Assembly (NCBI GenBank): GCA_039096225.1
Contig: JBBPEB010000002.1
Location: forward strand, 744,001-808,000
DNA length: 64,000 nt
DNA from: Blastocystis sp. Blastoise
Lineage: Eukaryota; Protista; Bigyra: Opalinata
Direction: 5' to 3'
Shown here piece after piece: positions 47,817 through 62,213 of this stretch (positions are counted from its first letter, which is position 1; each line of letters opens with the position of its first letter). The notes beneath the pieces are model-generated. The model worked only from the letters and a program-made list of their open reading frames with translations. It was not told the origin of the DNA and searched no databases. Both the position numbers and the translations under genes were made by a program.

Positions 47817-49055
47817 ATGTCTAGTTTAGGTACTATAATAAATGACAAGTTGTCAATGGCTAGTTCCTCTGCGGGAGCCCTTTATCTTAAGCGTTACGTT
47901 AATCCTTGTGATGATACTTCTATACCTGTTGACGGTGTACCTGATGGCCAAACCCACATGATTTATACTTTAAATAATAAGTTTAATATATCTATAGATC
48001 AAGATACATTTGTAGATCCTAGAGCTGTTGTCCCAGATTTATATAATAATTTTACTATAATTGCAACACCATGGTCTACTTATCCTATTTTGATTTATGG
48101 TACATTTACTTGGTATAATACTGTGGATAAAACATCATCATCTCAAACATGTATTATGGGTGTTAAAGATCCTAATTGGCAGCAAAATCAAGAAGATTTT
48201 AATTTAGGTCGTGGATTATTTCGTGGTTGTACATTAAAATGGGCTGGTAATACTAATAATATGCAAGGTCTTATATATGGTATTCAAGTACCGTATTGTG
48301 TAGATACTATGTATACTACTAGTGGTAGTGTAGAATCTCAAGATTTATCTTATAAAGCTTTTAATAGTTATATGAATCCTTATATTCCTTTAGATTCTAA
48401 TGCTATTACTTCTTATTCTCCAAAATATAAAGTATTTAATGTCCCTGATGGTTGTTATATGCCTCAACATTTATCTTATGGTTATAAGAATTATTATAGG
48501 CCACCTATATTTCAAAAGAAACAACTTGATACAGGAGATAGTTATGAATATTTTATTAATGGATTATTAGGAAGTGCTAGTGCTCAAATGAATATATTTG
48601 ATTATGATACTTGGATGTCTAAAAGAATATTTACTAAGGTTATGTTACCTATAGAAGTAACTGAATATGTTCCTTCTTTCTTACATACTGGATTTAATTT
48701 TGGTATTATTAGAGTTGAAGGTTCAAATTTTAACAATCCATTTACTTTAAAAATATGTAATGGTTATGAGTTAGTTCCTTCTTATAATAGTGAGTATTTC
48801 CCATTATTAAAGAATCCTCCTTTATTAGATGAACAAGCTCTTTATGCTTGTGCTATTTTAACTCAATCATTAGATTTTTGTTATCCTTCTTCTTATAATG
48901 ATTTTCAAACTATGTGGAATGGTGTAGTTGATTTCTGGAATAAATTTAAAAGGTCTTGGAATAGTGAAACTGTTCAAAATATAGCTACAGCTGCTAGTGC
49001 TATACCTGGTGTTTCTCCATGGGTTCAAGGAATAAATACTTTAACTAAATTTTAA
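47817..49055 (+). CDS. 412-aa capsid protein, alphanodavirus/tetravirus-like (peptidase A6/A21-type autocleaving coat)
   Basis: GALYLKRYVNP..GVPDG; GCYMP; LK..GYELVP..PPLLDEQAL..YPSSYN|DFQTMW..AASAIPG C-terminus. Confidence 0.75.
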   Translation: MSSLGTIINDKLSMASSSAGALYLKRYVNPCDDTSIPVDGVPDGQTHMIYTLNNKFNISIDQDTFVDPRAVVPDLYNNFTIIATPWSTYPILIYGTFTWYNTVDKTSSSQTCIMGVKDPNWQQNQEDFNLGRGLFRGCTLKWAGNTNNMQGLIYGIQVPYCVDTMYTTSGSVESQDLSYKAFNSYMNPYIPLDSNAITSYSPKYKVFNVPDGCYMPQHLSYGYKNYYRPPIFQKKQLDTGDSYEYFINGLLGSASAQMNIFDYDTWMSKRIFTKVMLPIEVTEYVPSFLHTGFNFGIIRVEGSNFNNPFTLKICNGYELVPSYNSEYFPLLKNPPLLDEQALYACAILTQSLDFCYPSSYNDFQTMWNGVVDFWNKFKRSWNSETVQNIATAASAIPGVSPWVQGINTLTKF

Positions 49056-49152
49056 TTTATGTGTATATATATTTTTATTTGTCTTAAATTAATTTTGTTT
49101 TGTTCAATTTTTATTATTACTACTCACACTCACTGCACTTCAACACAAATAT

Positions 49153-49227
49153 TATTTCACAATTTCACAATTTCACAAAATCACAATTTCACATTTTCAC
49201 AGATACACAATTTCACAATTGCACAAT
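49153..49227. repeat. 8-bp ATTTCACA tandem repeat between the convergent cap and rep 3' ends (also 54200-54274)
   Basis: About 9 imperfect units. Confidence 0.8.
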
Positions 49228-49340
49228 GTGTTGAGTTGCATATGAATTATATAACAAAACAAATAAGTTTTTAAAACAAAGATATAACTGAGAAAAGATA
49301 TGAAATCAGAAAAACTCAATAGATAATAAATATATAGAAT

Positions 49341-51066
49341 TTAGAATTCTTGTTTAATGTTTTGAGAGTCTGGGAGTATACAATAATCATCTTCGCTACT
49401 ATCCCATGAAAGACTTATAGGTTTATTATGATCAGAATATTCTTCATCGTCTTCTTCATTATCAGTGAAAGTGAGATCAATGAGTTCATTACTATATTCG
49501 TTATCTGAAGATGATAAATCTAGAATAGGTATAGGAGTATTAGGTCTTTTGTGACAGAAATTTGTTTTTTTAGGAGTAGTTATTTCAATAGTAGGAAGAG
49601 ATATACGAGGAGTTGTTGGAGGTGAGCTAAGGGTAAGTTCATTATCTAGTTCTATTTGTATGGGTATATTGACTGTTGGTTTGTATTGATTATTAATTTT
49701 CATCATAATATCAGCGGCTTGTATATATTTGGTTTCATCATCTTTATATAGTAGATTACGTCTGATACCTTTGATGTAATCATCTTTAGCTTTGCTATAT
49801 TTGAAATCAATAGTATTATCTTCAAGTAATTCATATTCATTGTAGAATCTTCTGAGTAGTTGTTCTAATTCATCATTTGAAAGTTCTTTGAAATTTTCTT
49901 TTAAGCTTCTATCAGACGTAAATATAATTAGAGGTGAGGTGATTTTTACTGTTGAACCTTTTGTTTCCACTCCTACATCATAATAATCTAAAATACGAAG
50001 AAGGTCTTTATCATTATAGATTTTTCTAAAATCATCAATAATGATGCCAAACTGACCTTTGTATCCATCCCACCTATAAATATAGAATATAATATAATAT
50101 ATACCATTTAATATCTCCATTCTTCATGTAGTAAGATCCTTTACCATCTTCATTTTCGCCTAGTTCACATATTTTTTTAGCTGTATAAGTTTTACCTACT
50201 CCAGTTTTCCCATATAAATATAAAACTATAGGTGCAGTATTTCTTTTTTTGGTATTAAAGTCATAGATTGCTTTTTTTATGTTATTTGAATGTAATAGGG
50301 CAAAGGAAGCATATTCTTCCCATATATCTTCATAAGTACAACCATTTTTTATCATTGAAGCAACTTCTTCAGATATTTTTTTTGGATCTATATATATAAT
50401 ATAAATTATAATGTATATACGTTTTTTGTTTTTAGAATATTTGACTTTATTATGAGTAAAATTCATAGGAGCTGTAGATATTGGGTCTATTCTAGCAAAG
50501 CTATTATTATTATTCATATTATAAAGAACACCATTATAAGTAGAAGCATTTATTAAATCGCGATGCATTCCATTTTGAAAGTTTGCTCCATATCCAAGTG
50601 TATTGCTTGTATTGTAATATTCATCTATTTCATTTATCTAATATTTATAATTAAATAATTAAATTAATATATATAAATATATACTTCACTTAAATAAATT
50701 AAAGTTGCCTCTCGTGACCACTCCCTTGGTCTTACATCAGTATGCTCTAAGGATAGTAATCTTATTATCTGATTTCTTCTTAACCTTTTTTTCATTTCCA
50801 TATATAAATGTACATGAGTGTTGTTTGTAGTCGGAGATACTTCTCTTGATAAAGCAACATAGTTCTATATATATATATATATAATATATTTATATACTAT
50901 TTCAAATGGAAGACCATTACTATTCCAACTGGGTTGGATTACTTCATTAAAATGTAAAAGGTCTTCACCAAATAAAGTAAGAGTCCAATATTGAGACTGA
51001 CGGTTCTATATAACAATAACTTAAATATATTTATTAATATACAGGGTTAGTATTATTATTTTGCAT
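49341..51066 (-). CDS. rep: Replication-associated protein Rep (HUH endonuclease plus SF3 helicase), 6 exons, 514 aa
   Basis: Exons 51066-51043, 51005-50898, 50864-50685, 50637-50421, 50387-50105 and 50073-49341 splice in frame. Motifs WTLTLF, HVHLY, YLSE, GKTGVGKT, WWDGY, IIIDDF, VETKG, IIFTSD, LLRRF. Confidence 0.92.
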
Positions 51067-51384
51067 TTTTTTTTTTTTTACTAAAAATTATAAAATAAAT
51101 TATAAAATAAATTATAAAATAAAATAAATATAAGCCACGTCAGCATAATTAAAAATACAGAATATGCCCTTATATCTTGTCAGGACCTAATCACCAGTCA
51201 ATAAAAATTAAATTGTACCCATTCCCAAAACTCTTTTTTTGCTATTTTTAGGGTCTAATTCCTTCTGGATAAAAAGTTATTTCAATTTAAAGGTTTGGGA
51301 CCCTAATTATAAATATTAAGAATTACACTTACAACCAAACACAACTTATCCAATCCGATCGGAGAAACTCAAGATTCCTCCAAT

Positions 51385-51421
51385 CAAATTGAGCGATGAC
51401 GCATTATTACATCACAATTTG
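51385..51421 (+). promoter_or_regulatory. Putative origin, copy 2 (nonamer 51402-51410)
   Basis: Identical to copy 1. Confidence 0.75.
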
Positions 51422-51918
51422 CTCTCAGCGAAACACGAAACAAAGATCATCATAAGAGTATTTGACTCGAAAGTCAGAAGTAAATCTTACAATTAGTTGA
51501 TCTTGATTTTTTATATCTATATTGTCTTTGTTTTCTATTCTTTCGAACCACCTTTCTAATATATTACTACTTGAGAAATTCAACTCAATGCACATGTTCA
51601 TGTGTATTCACGGGAAAGTTTTTTTACATTCGCGGCTTTTACCCGTATATACCGTTCTTTATATTTAGCCGCCCCGTGAATATCTTTGTGAGTGAGAGCT
51701 GAGAGCAAATGCTCAGTTTTGTGGTTGTATAGTACTCTCGGATCCTTATCTTGTTTTATTGTAGAAGTTCACAAAGAGTATGGTCGCGCAGTCGAGTTTG
51801 GTGTTCGATTTTTTTTTTTTTTTTTTTATGTTTTTTTTTAAAAAGAATTAACAAAACAGTGTTTTTAATTATATATTATTATATTAGACAAGAATTAATG
51901 TTTGTAGTGTTAGTATAT

Positions 51919-52665
51919 TTAGTGTCGTAATCTATCTGGTAGATGTTGAGCATAGTATACCATAGGTGATGTTCCTGCTGTTTGTGCAGCGGCAACGTAT
52001 CTTGTAGCTTCGTCGAACAATGCAGTGATAACGGTATTATATTGTGGTTCTGTTCTGAAAGTCATTTGTCCTCCTTCTGAAATATTATACATAATAGGAA
52101 ATGTGTTGATTCCTCCCATTTGGTATATAAAAACTAGTATTGTTTCTGCTTTTGTAAAATCATCGGATGCATAGTAGATGGGTAGTGTGAAATCATAGGC
52201 GAGTTGTTCTGCAGTGAATGGATAGGTATAGAGTAAACCGTTTAGTCTATATATATATTCTTTTTTGACTCCGTTTTTGTTAATTGTGTAGACTGTGTTT
52301 ATAATTTGTTTGATAGTAGAGTTGCAGAGTTTTTTAATGTTCTTTGCATTTTCGTCGTCACCTGTAGCGCTTGGTATAAATATTTGAATTGGTATAGTAT
52401 AATCTGTTGATGTTAATAGTGTTCTAGCTTGAGCTACGTACATTCTTCCACATTTTTTGGCTACAAGCATTAATTGGTGCCTAAGTTTGTGTTTATTTGC
52501 GATTCCACCTACGGTAGTATCTTCGGCGATAGTTGCCCAATTTGTTCTAAAAGAATTAACTGCATTGTTATAAGTGGTTACAGCGTTTGAATTTCTATTA
52601 TATCTTCTTCTTCTATAATAGGTACGTTGAGTACCTCTATATCTGGATGAGTATCTATAAGGCAT
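51919..52665 (-). CDS. 248-aa Arg-rich-arm protein, copy 2
   Basis: Identical translation to 46872..47618. Confidence 0.65.
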   Translation of the reverse strand: MPYRYSSRYRGTQRTYYRRRRYNRNSNAVTTYNNAVNSFRTNWATIAEDTTVGGIANKHKLRHQLMLVAKKCGRMYVAQARTLLTSTDYTIPIQIFIPSATGDDENAKNIKKLCNSTIKQIINTVYTINKNGVKKEYIYRLNGLLYTYPFTAEQLAYDFTLPIYYASDDFTKAETILVFIYQMGGINTFPIMYNISEGGQMTFRTEPQYNTVITALFDEATRYVAAAQTAGTSPMVYYAQHLPDRLRH

Positions 52666-52863
52666 TTATTGTAAATAAAATAAATAAAATATGATATGAT
52701 TTGATTAATAATTATTAATGGAGTCAGTTTATCTGAATATATAAATTTGTTTTTAGAGACGGTTTATCTGAATATATAAATTCGTATTAGGAGACAGTTT
52801 ATCTGTATATATAAATTCGTTTTCTTATAAATATGTTTTGTTATTTTGCATAAATTATTTTAA

Positions 52864-54102
52864 ATGTCTAGTTTAGGTACTATAATAAATGACAAGTTGT
52901 CAATGGCTAGTTCCTCTGCGGGAGCCCTTTATCTTAAGCGTTACGTTAATCCTTGTGATGATACTTCTATACCTGTTGACGGTGTACCTGATGGCCAAAC
53001 CCACATGATTTATACTTTAAATAATAAGTTTAATATATCTATAGATCAAGATACATTTGTAGATCCTAGAGCTGTTGTCCCAGATTTATATAATAATTTT
53101 ACTATAATTGCAACACCATGGTCTACTTATCCTATTTTGATTTATGGTACATTTACTTGGTATAATACTGTGGATAAAACATCATCATCTCAAACATGTA
53201 TTATGGGTGTTAAAGATCCTAATTGGCAGCAAAATCAAGAAGATTTTAATTTAGGTCGTGGATTATTTCGTGGTTGTACATTAAAATGGGCTGGTAATAC
53301 TAATAATATGCAAGGTCTTATATATGGTATTCAAGTACCGTATTGTGTAGATACTATGTATACTACTAGTGGTAGTGTAGAATCTCAAGATTTATCTTAT
53401 AAAGCTTTTAATAGTTATATGAATCCTTATATTCCTTTAGATTCTAATGCTATTACTTCTTATTCTCCAAAATATAAAGTATTTAATGTCCCTGATGGTT
53501 GTTATATGCCTCAACATTTATCTTATGGTTATAAGAATTATTATAGGCCACCTATATTTCAAAAGAAACAACTTGATACAGGAGATAGTTATGAATATTT
53601 TATTAATGGATTATTAGGAAGTGCTAGTGCTCAAATGAATATATTTGATTATGATACTTGGATGTCTAAAAGAATATTTACTAAGGTTATGTTACCTATA
53701 GAAGTAACTGAATATGTTCCTTCTTTCTTACATACTGGATTTAATTTTGGTATTATTAGAGTTGAAGGTTCAAATTTTAACAATCCATTTACTTTAAAAA
53801 TATGTAATGGTTATGAGTTAGTTCCTTCTTATAATAGTGAGTATTTCCCATTATTAAAGAATCCTCCTTTATTAGATGAACAAGCTCTTTATGCTTGTGC
53901 TATTTTAACTCAATCATTAGATTTTTGTTATCCTTCTTCTTATAATGATTTTCAAACTATGTGGAATGGTGTAGTTGATTTCTGGAATAAATTTAAAAGG
54001 TCTTGGAATAGTGAAACTGTTCAAAATATAGCTACAGCTGCTAGTGCTATACCTGGTGTTTCTCCATGGGTTCAAGGAATAAATACTTTAACTAAATTTT
54101 AA
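52864..54102 (+). CDS. 412-aa noda/tetravirus-like capsid, copy 2
   Basis: Identical translation to 47817..49055. Confidence 0.75.
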   Translation: MSSLGTIINDKLSMASSSAGALYLKRYVNPCDDTSIPVDGVPDGQTHMIYTLNNKFNISIDQDTFVDPRAVVPDLYNNFTIIATPWSTYPILIYGTFTWYNTVDKTSSSQTCIMGVKDPNWQQNQEDFNLGRGLFRGCTLKWAGNTNNMQGLIYGIQVPYCVDTMYTTSGSVESQDLSYKAFNSYMNPYIPLDSNAITSYSPKYKVFNVPDGCYMPQHLSYGYKNYYRPPIFQKKQLDTGDSYEYFINGLLGSASAQMNIFDYDTWMSKRIFTKVMLPIEVTEYVPSFLHTGFNFGIIRVEGSNFNNPFTLKICNGYELVPSYNSEYFPLLKNPPLLDEQALYACAILTQSLDFCYPSSYNDFQTMWNGVVDFWNKFKRSWNSETVQNIATAASAIPGVSPWVQGINTLTKF

Positions 54103-54387
54103 TTTATGTGTATATATATTTTTATTTGTCTTAAATTAATTTTGTTTTGTTCAATTTTTATTATTACTACTCACACTCACTGCACTTCAACACAAATATT
54201 ATTTCACAATTTCACAATTTCACAAAATCACAATTTCACATTTTCACAGATACACAATTTCACAATTGCACAATGTGTTGAGTTGCATATGAATTATATA
54301 ACAAAACAAATAAGTTTTTAAAACAAAGATATAACTGAGAAAAGATATGAAATCAGAAAAACTCAATAGATAATAAATATATAGAAT

Positions 54388-56113
54388 TTAGAATTCTTGT
54401 TTAATGTTTTGAGAGTCTGGGAGTATACAATAATCATCTTCGCTACTATCCCATGAAAGACTTATAGGTTTATTATGATCAGAATATTCTTCATCGTCTT
54501 CTTCATTATCAGTGAAAGTGAGATCAATGAGTTCATTACTATATTCGTTATCTGAAGATGATAAATCTAGAATAGGTATAGGAGTATTAGGTCTTTTGTG
54601 ACAGAAATTTGTTTTTTTAGGAGTAGTTATTTCAATAGTAGGAAGAGATATACGAGGAGTTGTTGGAGGTGAGCTAAGGGTAAGTTCATTATCTAGTTCT
54701 ATTTGTATGGGTATATTGACTGTTGGTTTGTATTGATTATTAATTTTCATCATAATATCAGCGGCTTGTATATATTTGGTTTCATCATCTTTATATAGTA
54801 GATTACGTCTGATACCTTTGATGTAATCATCTTTAGCTTTGCTATATTTGAAATCAATAGTATTATCTTCAAGTAATTCATATTCATTGTAGAATCTTCT
54901 GAGTAGTTGTTCTAATTCATCATTTGAAAGTTCTTTGAAATTTTCTTTTAAGCTTCTATCAGACGTAAATATAATTAGAGGTGAGGTGATTTTTACTGTT
55001 GAACCTTTTGTTTCCACTCCTACATCATAATAATCTAAAATACGAAGAAGGTCTTTATCATTATAGATTTTTCTAAAATCATCAATAATGATGCCAAACT
55101 GACCTTTGTATCCATCCCACCTATAAATATAGAATATAATATAATATATACCATTTAATATCTCCATTCTTCATGTAGTAAGATCCTTTACCATCTTCAT
55201 TTTCGCCTAGTTCACATATTTTTTTAGCTGTATAAGTTTTACCTACTCCAGTTTTCCCATATAAATATAAAACTATAGGTGCAGTATTTCTTTTTTTGGT
55301 ATTAAAGTCATAGATTGCTTTTTTTATGTTATTTGAATGTAATAGGGCAAAGGAAGCATATTCTTCCCATATATCTTCATAAGTACAACCATTTTTTATC
55401 ATTGAAGCAACTTCTTCAGATATTTTTTTTGGATCTATATATATAATATAAATTATAATGTATATACGTTTTTTGTTTTTAGAATATTTGACTTTATTAT
55501 GAGTAAAATTCATAGGAGCTGTAGATATTGGGTCTATTCTAGCAAAGCTATTATTATTATTCATATTATAAAGAACACCATTATAAGTAGAAGCATTTAT
55601 TAAATCGCGATGCATTCCATTTTGAAAGTTTGCTCCATATCCAAGTGTATTGCTTGTATTGTAATATTCATCTATTTCATTTATCTAATATTTATAATTA
55701 AATAATTAAATTAATATATATAAATATATACTTCACTTAAATAAATTAAAGTTGCCTCTCGTGACCACTCCCTTGGTCTTACATCAGTATGCTCTAAGGA
55801 TAGTAATCTTATTATCTGATTTCTTCTTAACCTTTTTTTCATTTCCATATATAAATGTACATGAGTGTTGTTTGTAGTCGGAGATACTTCTCTTGATAAA
55901 GCAACATAGTTCTATATATATATATATATAATATATTTATATACTATTTCAAATGGAAGACCATTACTATTCCAACTGGGTTGGATTACTTCATTAAAAT
56001 GTAAAAGGTCTTCACCAAATAAAGTAAGAGTCCAATATTGAGACTGACGGTTCTATATAACAATAACTTAAATATATTTATTAATATACAGGGTTAGTAT
56101 TATTATTTTGCAT
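54388..56113 (-). CDS. rep: Rep, copy 2 (6 exons)
   Basis: Same as 49341..51066 shifted by 5047. Confidence 0.92.
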
Positions 56114-56431
56114 TTTTTTTTTTTTTACTAAAAATTATAAAATAAATTATAAAATAAATTATAAAATAAAATAAATATAAGCCACGTCAGCATAATTAAA
56201 AATACAGAATATGCCCTTATATCTTGTCAGGACCTAATCACCAGTCAATAAAAATTAAATTGTACCCATTCCCAAAACTCTTTTTTTGCTATTTTTAGGG
56301 TCTAATTCCTTCTGGATAAAAAGTTATTTCAATTTAAAGGTTTGGGACCCTAATTATAAATATTAAGAATTACACTTACAACCAAACACAACTTATCCAA
56401 TCCGATCGGAGAAACTCAAGATTCCTCCAAT

Positions 56432-56468
56432 CAAATTGAGCGATGACGCATTATTACATCACAATTTG
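56432..56468 (+). promoter_or_regulatory. Putative origin, copy 3 (nonamer 56449-56457)
   Basis: Identical to copy 1. Confidence 0.75.
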
Positions 56469-56775
56469 CTCTCAGCGAAACACGAAACAAAGATCATCAT
56501 AAGAGTATTTGACTCGAAAGTCAGAAGTAAATCTTACAATTAGTTGATCTTGATTTTTTATATCTATATTGTCTTTGTTTTCTATTCTTTCGAACCACCT
56601 TTCTAATATATTACTACTTGAGAAATTCAACTCAATGCACATGTTCATGTGTATTCACGGGAAAGTTTTTTTACATTCGCGGCTTTTACCCGTATATACC
56701 GTTCTTTATATTTAGCCGCCCCGTGAATATCTTTGTGAGTGAGAGCTGAGAGCAAATTGTGATGTAATAATATAT

Positions 56776-57314
56776 CACTGTTATTCTGGTTTCATCATTT
56801 TAAATCATATGATTGGCTTATTTCAGTTCAAAATTTGTTCAGCCACTAAAAATAGAGTAGTTTCATGGACTTAGGCAAAAATCGTGGATTTTGACAAAAT
56901 TTTGACACTTTTTTCAGTCGACTTTTGATTTAGACTTTAAAACCCTATTAGACAAATTTTAATAAAGAATTGGCATTATTGTTTATTTACAGAGGGTCAC
57001 ATAATACCCAAAACGTTTTTCTTTATTTTAAAGTGTTAATTTTGTGAATTCATGGTGTCCAAATTTTTTAAATTTTATAGTAGTGTTTGAAGTTTAGACC
57101 CTCTTATAGTCATAAATGTAATTAAAAGTGAATAAGCTGGTCTCTATGACTCAGAACCAAAATTCAGTCAAAAAATCAAAAATTTATTTCTTTTTACACT
57201 GAAAAATTGAGCCGAGCCTATTTGTATCATGGACAGTCAGACCAGAGTTTTCCATTTGAGATAATTGACTCAGGACGCTTTAAATTGTAAAACTTGACTC
57301 AGGATAGTCTATTT
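56776..57314 (+). mobile_element. End of another CACTG (CMC) element; the partner end is not in the window
   Basis: Begins CACTG; the next ~500 bp are similar to 16060-16550. Confidence 0.75.
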
Positions 57315-60353
<3,039 letters not shown>

Positions 60354-60501
60354 ATTTTTCAGTACTATTATTACCGCGATAAACTTGACAAAATGGCAGT
60401 GTTTTTATTGTTGTAAATTATAGAGAAAATAATTAAGGGGAAAAAATACACAATTCTTTGTTTATATTAATTATTCTATATTTGACGTTGTTGACGAGTG
60501 T

Positions 60502-62213
60502 TATGGAGTCTTATGACGAGATTTATAATGCAATAGTTGACAGAGTTCAAAGTATGAATTTTAATAAGTTTATCAAACAGATTTCAAACATAATTATTGT
60601 AAGGACGTTTTATCTAATTTATAAACTCTTTAGAAACGATCAAAAGACACCAGAGTAATAAACCCTTTAACAAAATCATCTTTTATACGAGTCCCGTCCA
60701 ATTATGTTACTGATTATGTGTCGTGGGTAGCTCAAAACAATTGTAATGGGTTTTATGACAAAGATGATGACTATATCAATGTTATTTTAACAAATATTGC
60801 GTGTTCAAAACATTTTGGAGTTAATGATGTGCTCCATTCACGACAAGAGATGTATATATTCATTGGCTACTCCTGGAGTGTTAGTGGTCAAATTATTATT
60901 ATAGACAGAGGGTTAGGTACCTCTATTTGATACCGTTGCCCAATTCAAGAATGTAATTGCGTCTATCAATATAATTTTTACGATGATGGTTATCACCTCG
61001 AATACTATCATTTTCATGATACAAATGTATGTTATAAAATAATTATCATTATTATATTTATTATTATAGAAATACTATTATATATTATTATATATTATTA
61101 TATATTATTATATATTATTATATATTATTATATATTATTATATATTATTATATATTACTATATATTACTATATATTACTATATATTATTATATATTACTA
61201 TATATTACTTATATTATTATATATTATTATATATATTATTATATATATTATTATATATTATTGTATGTTATTATATATAATTTTATATTATTATATATTA
61301 TTATATATATTTTTATATTATTATATATAATTTTATATTATTATATATTATTATATATTATTATATATTATTATATATTATTATATATTACTATATATTA
61401 CTATATATTATTATATATTATTATATATTACTATATATTACTATATATTATTATATATTATTATATATTATATATATTATATATATTATTAAATTAATAA
61501 ATGTAATAACTATTATTATTAACAAAAACTTTTTATAGAAATGTTCAAAATATGATGCTGATTATATAGAATTATTTAAACATAATACTATAAGAGAATC
61601 ATCATATGACTACTATAAAGATATGATATCAGATTCAATCAATAATCAAACAAATGATACTAATGATAGTATAAATTCTAATTATACTTCTATTACAATA
61701 ACTCAAGAAGAATGTAAAACTTCTCAAAATCTGAAAAAAATATTCATGAAACAAATGAATAATCAAAGTTTACTAAAATAAATACTTTTGACAAAGAAGA
61801 GGAAGTATATATAGAACAAGATATAGATGATAATTTAACAAAAGATGAAGAAGAATTAATTAATAAAATTAAAGATTCTACATCTTCAGTTGATATTACT
61901 AATTCATCATATATAGATAATCTTCTACAGATTCACAATAATAGAGATAAAAATAATATAGCTTCTATTAATTATATTCAACATGAAGATTATATAGATG
62001 AAGAGAAAAACGATATTAGTGAAGAGATATATGGCAAATGATATGATTCAAGCTTTATTAATAAATACAGAAATTGTATATACTGTTGACATAAATAAAC
62101 GTCAATCATTATTGGATCAATCTACTTATACAATTAATATAGTCTTTATAAAAACAGAATATAAACTAATGCTCTCTGATCCATTAAATGATACATTTGT
62201 TCTGAATTATTAA
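60502..62213 (+). pseudogene. Degenerate gene with a CxxxxC..HxH motif (possible TE zinc finger)
   Basis: YRCPIQECNC..YYHFHD near 60931-61020; several stops. Confidence 0.3.

Larger units (their letters stand above)
45119..56771. mobile_element. Endogenous CRESS-DNA-virus-like element: two complete 5,047-bp tandem units plus a truncated divergent Rep unit
   Basis: Exact 5,047-bp periodicity of ORFs and intergenic DNA; three stem-loop origins; Rep plus two capsid-like genes. Confidence 0.9.

Noticed and set aside
49059-49274. 71-aa ORF after the capsid (and 54106..54321)
   Set aside because: Mostly a translation of the 8-bp repeat and AT-rich 3' UTR.
45140-56113. Interpreting Rep as a Helitron or Replitron transposase
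   Set aside because: The helicase is SF3 (not PIF1/SF1, and not absent), and capsid-like genes and a nonamer hairpin are present.
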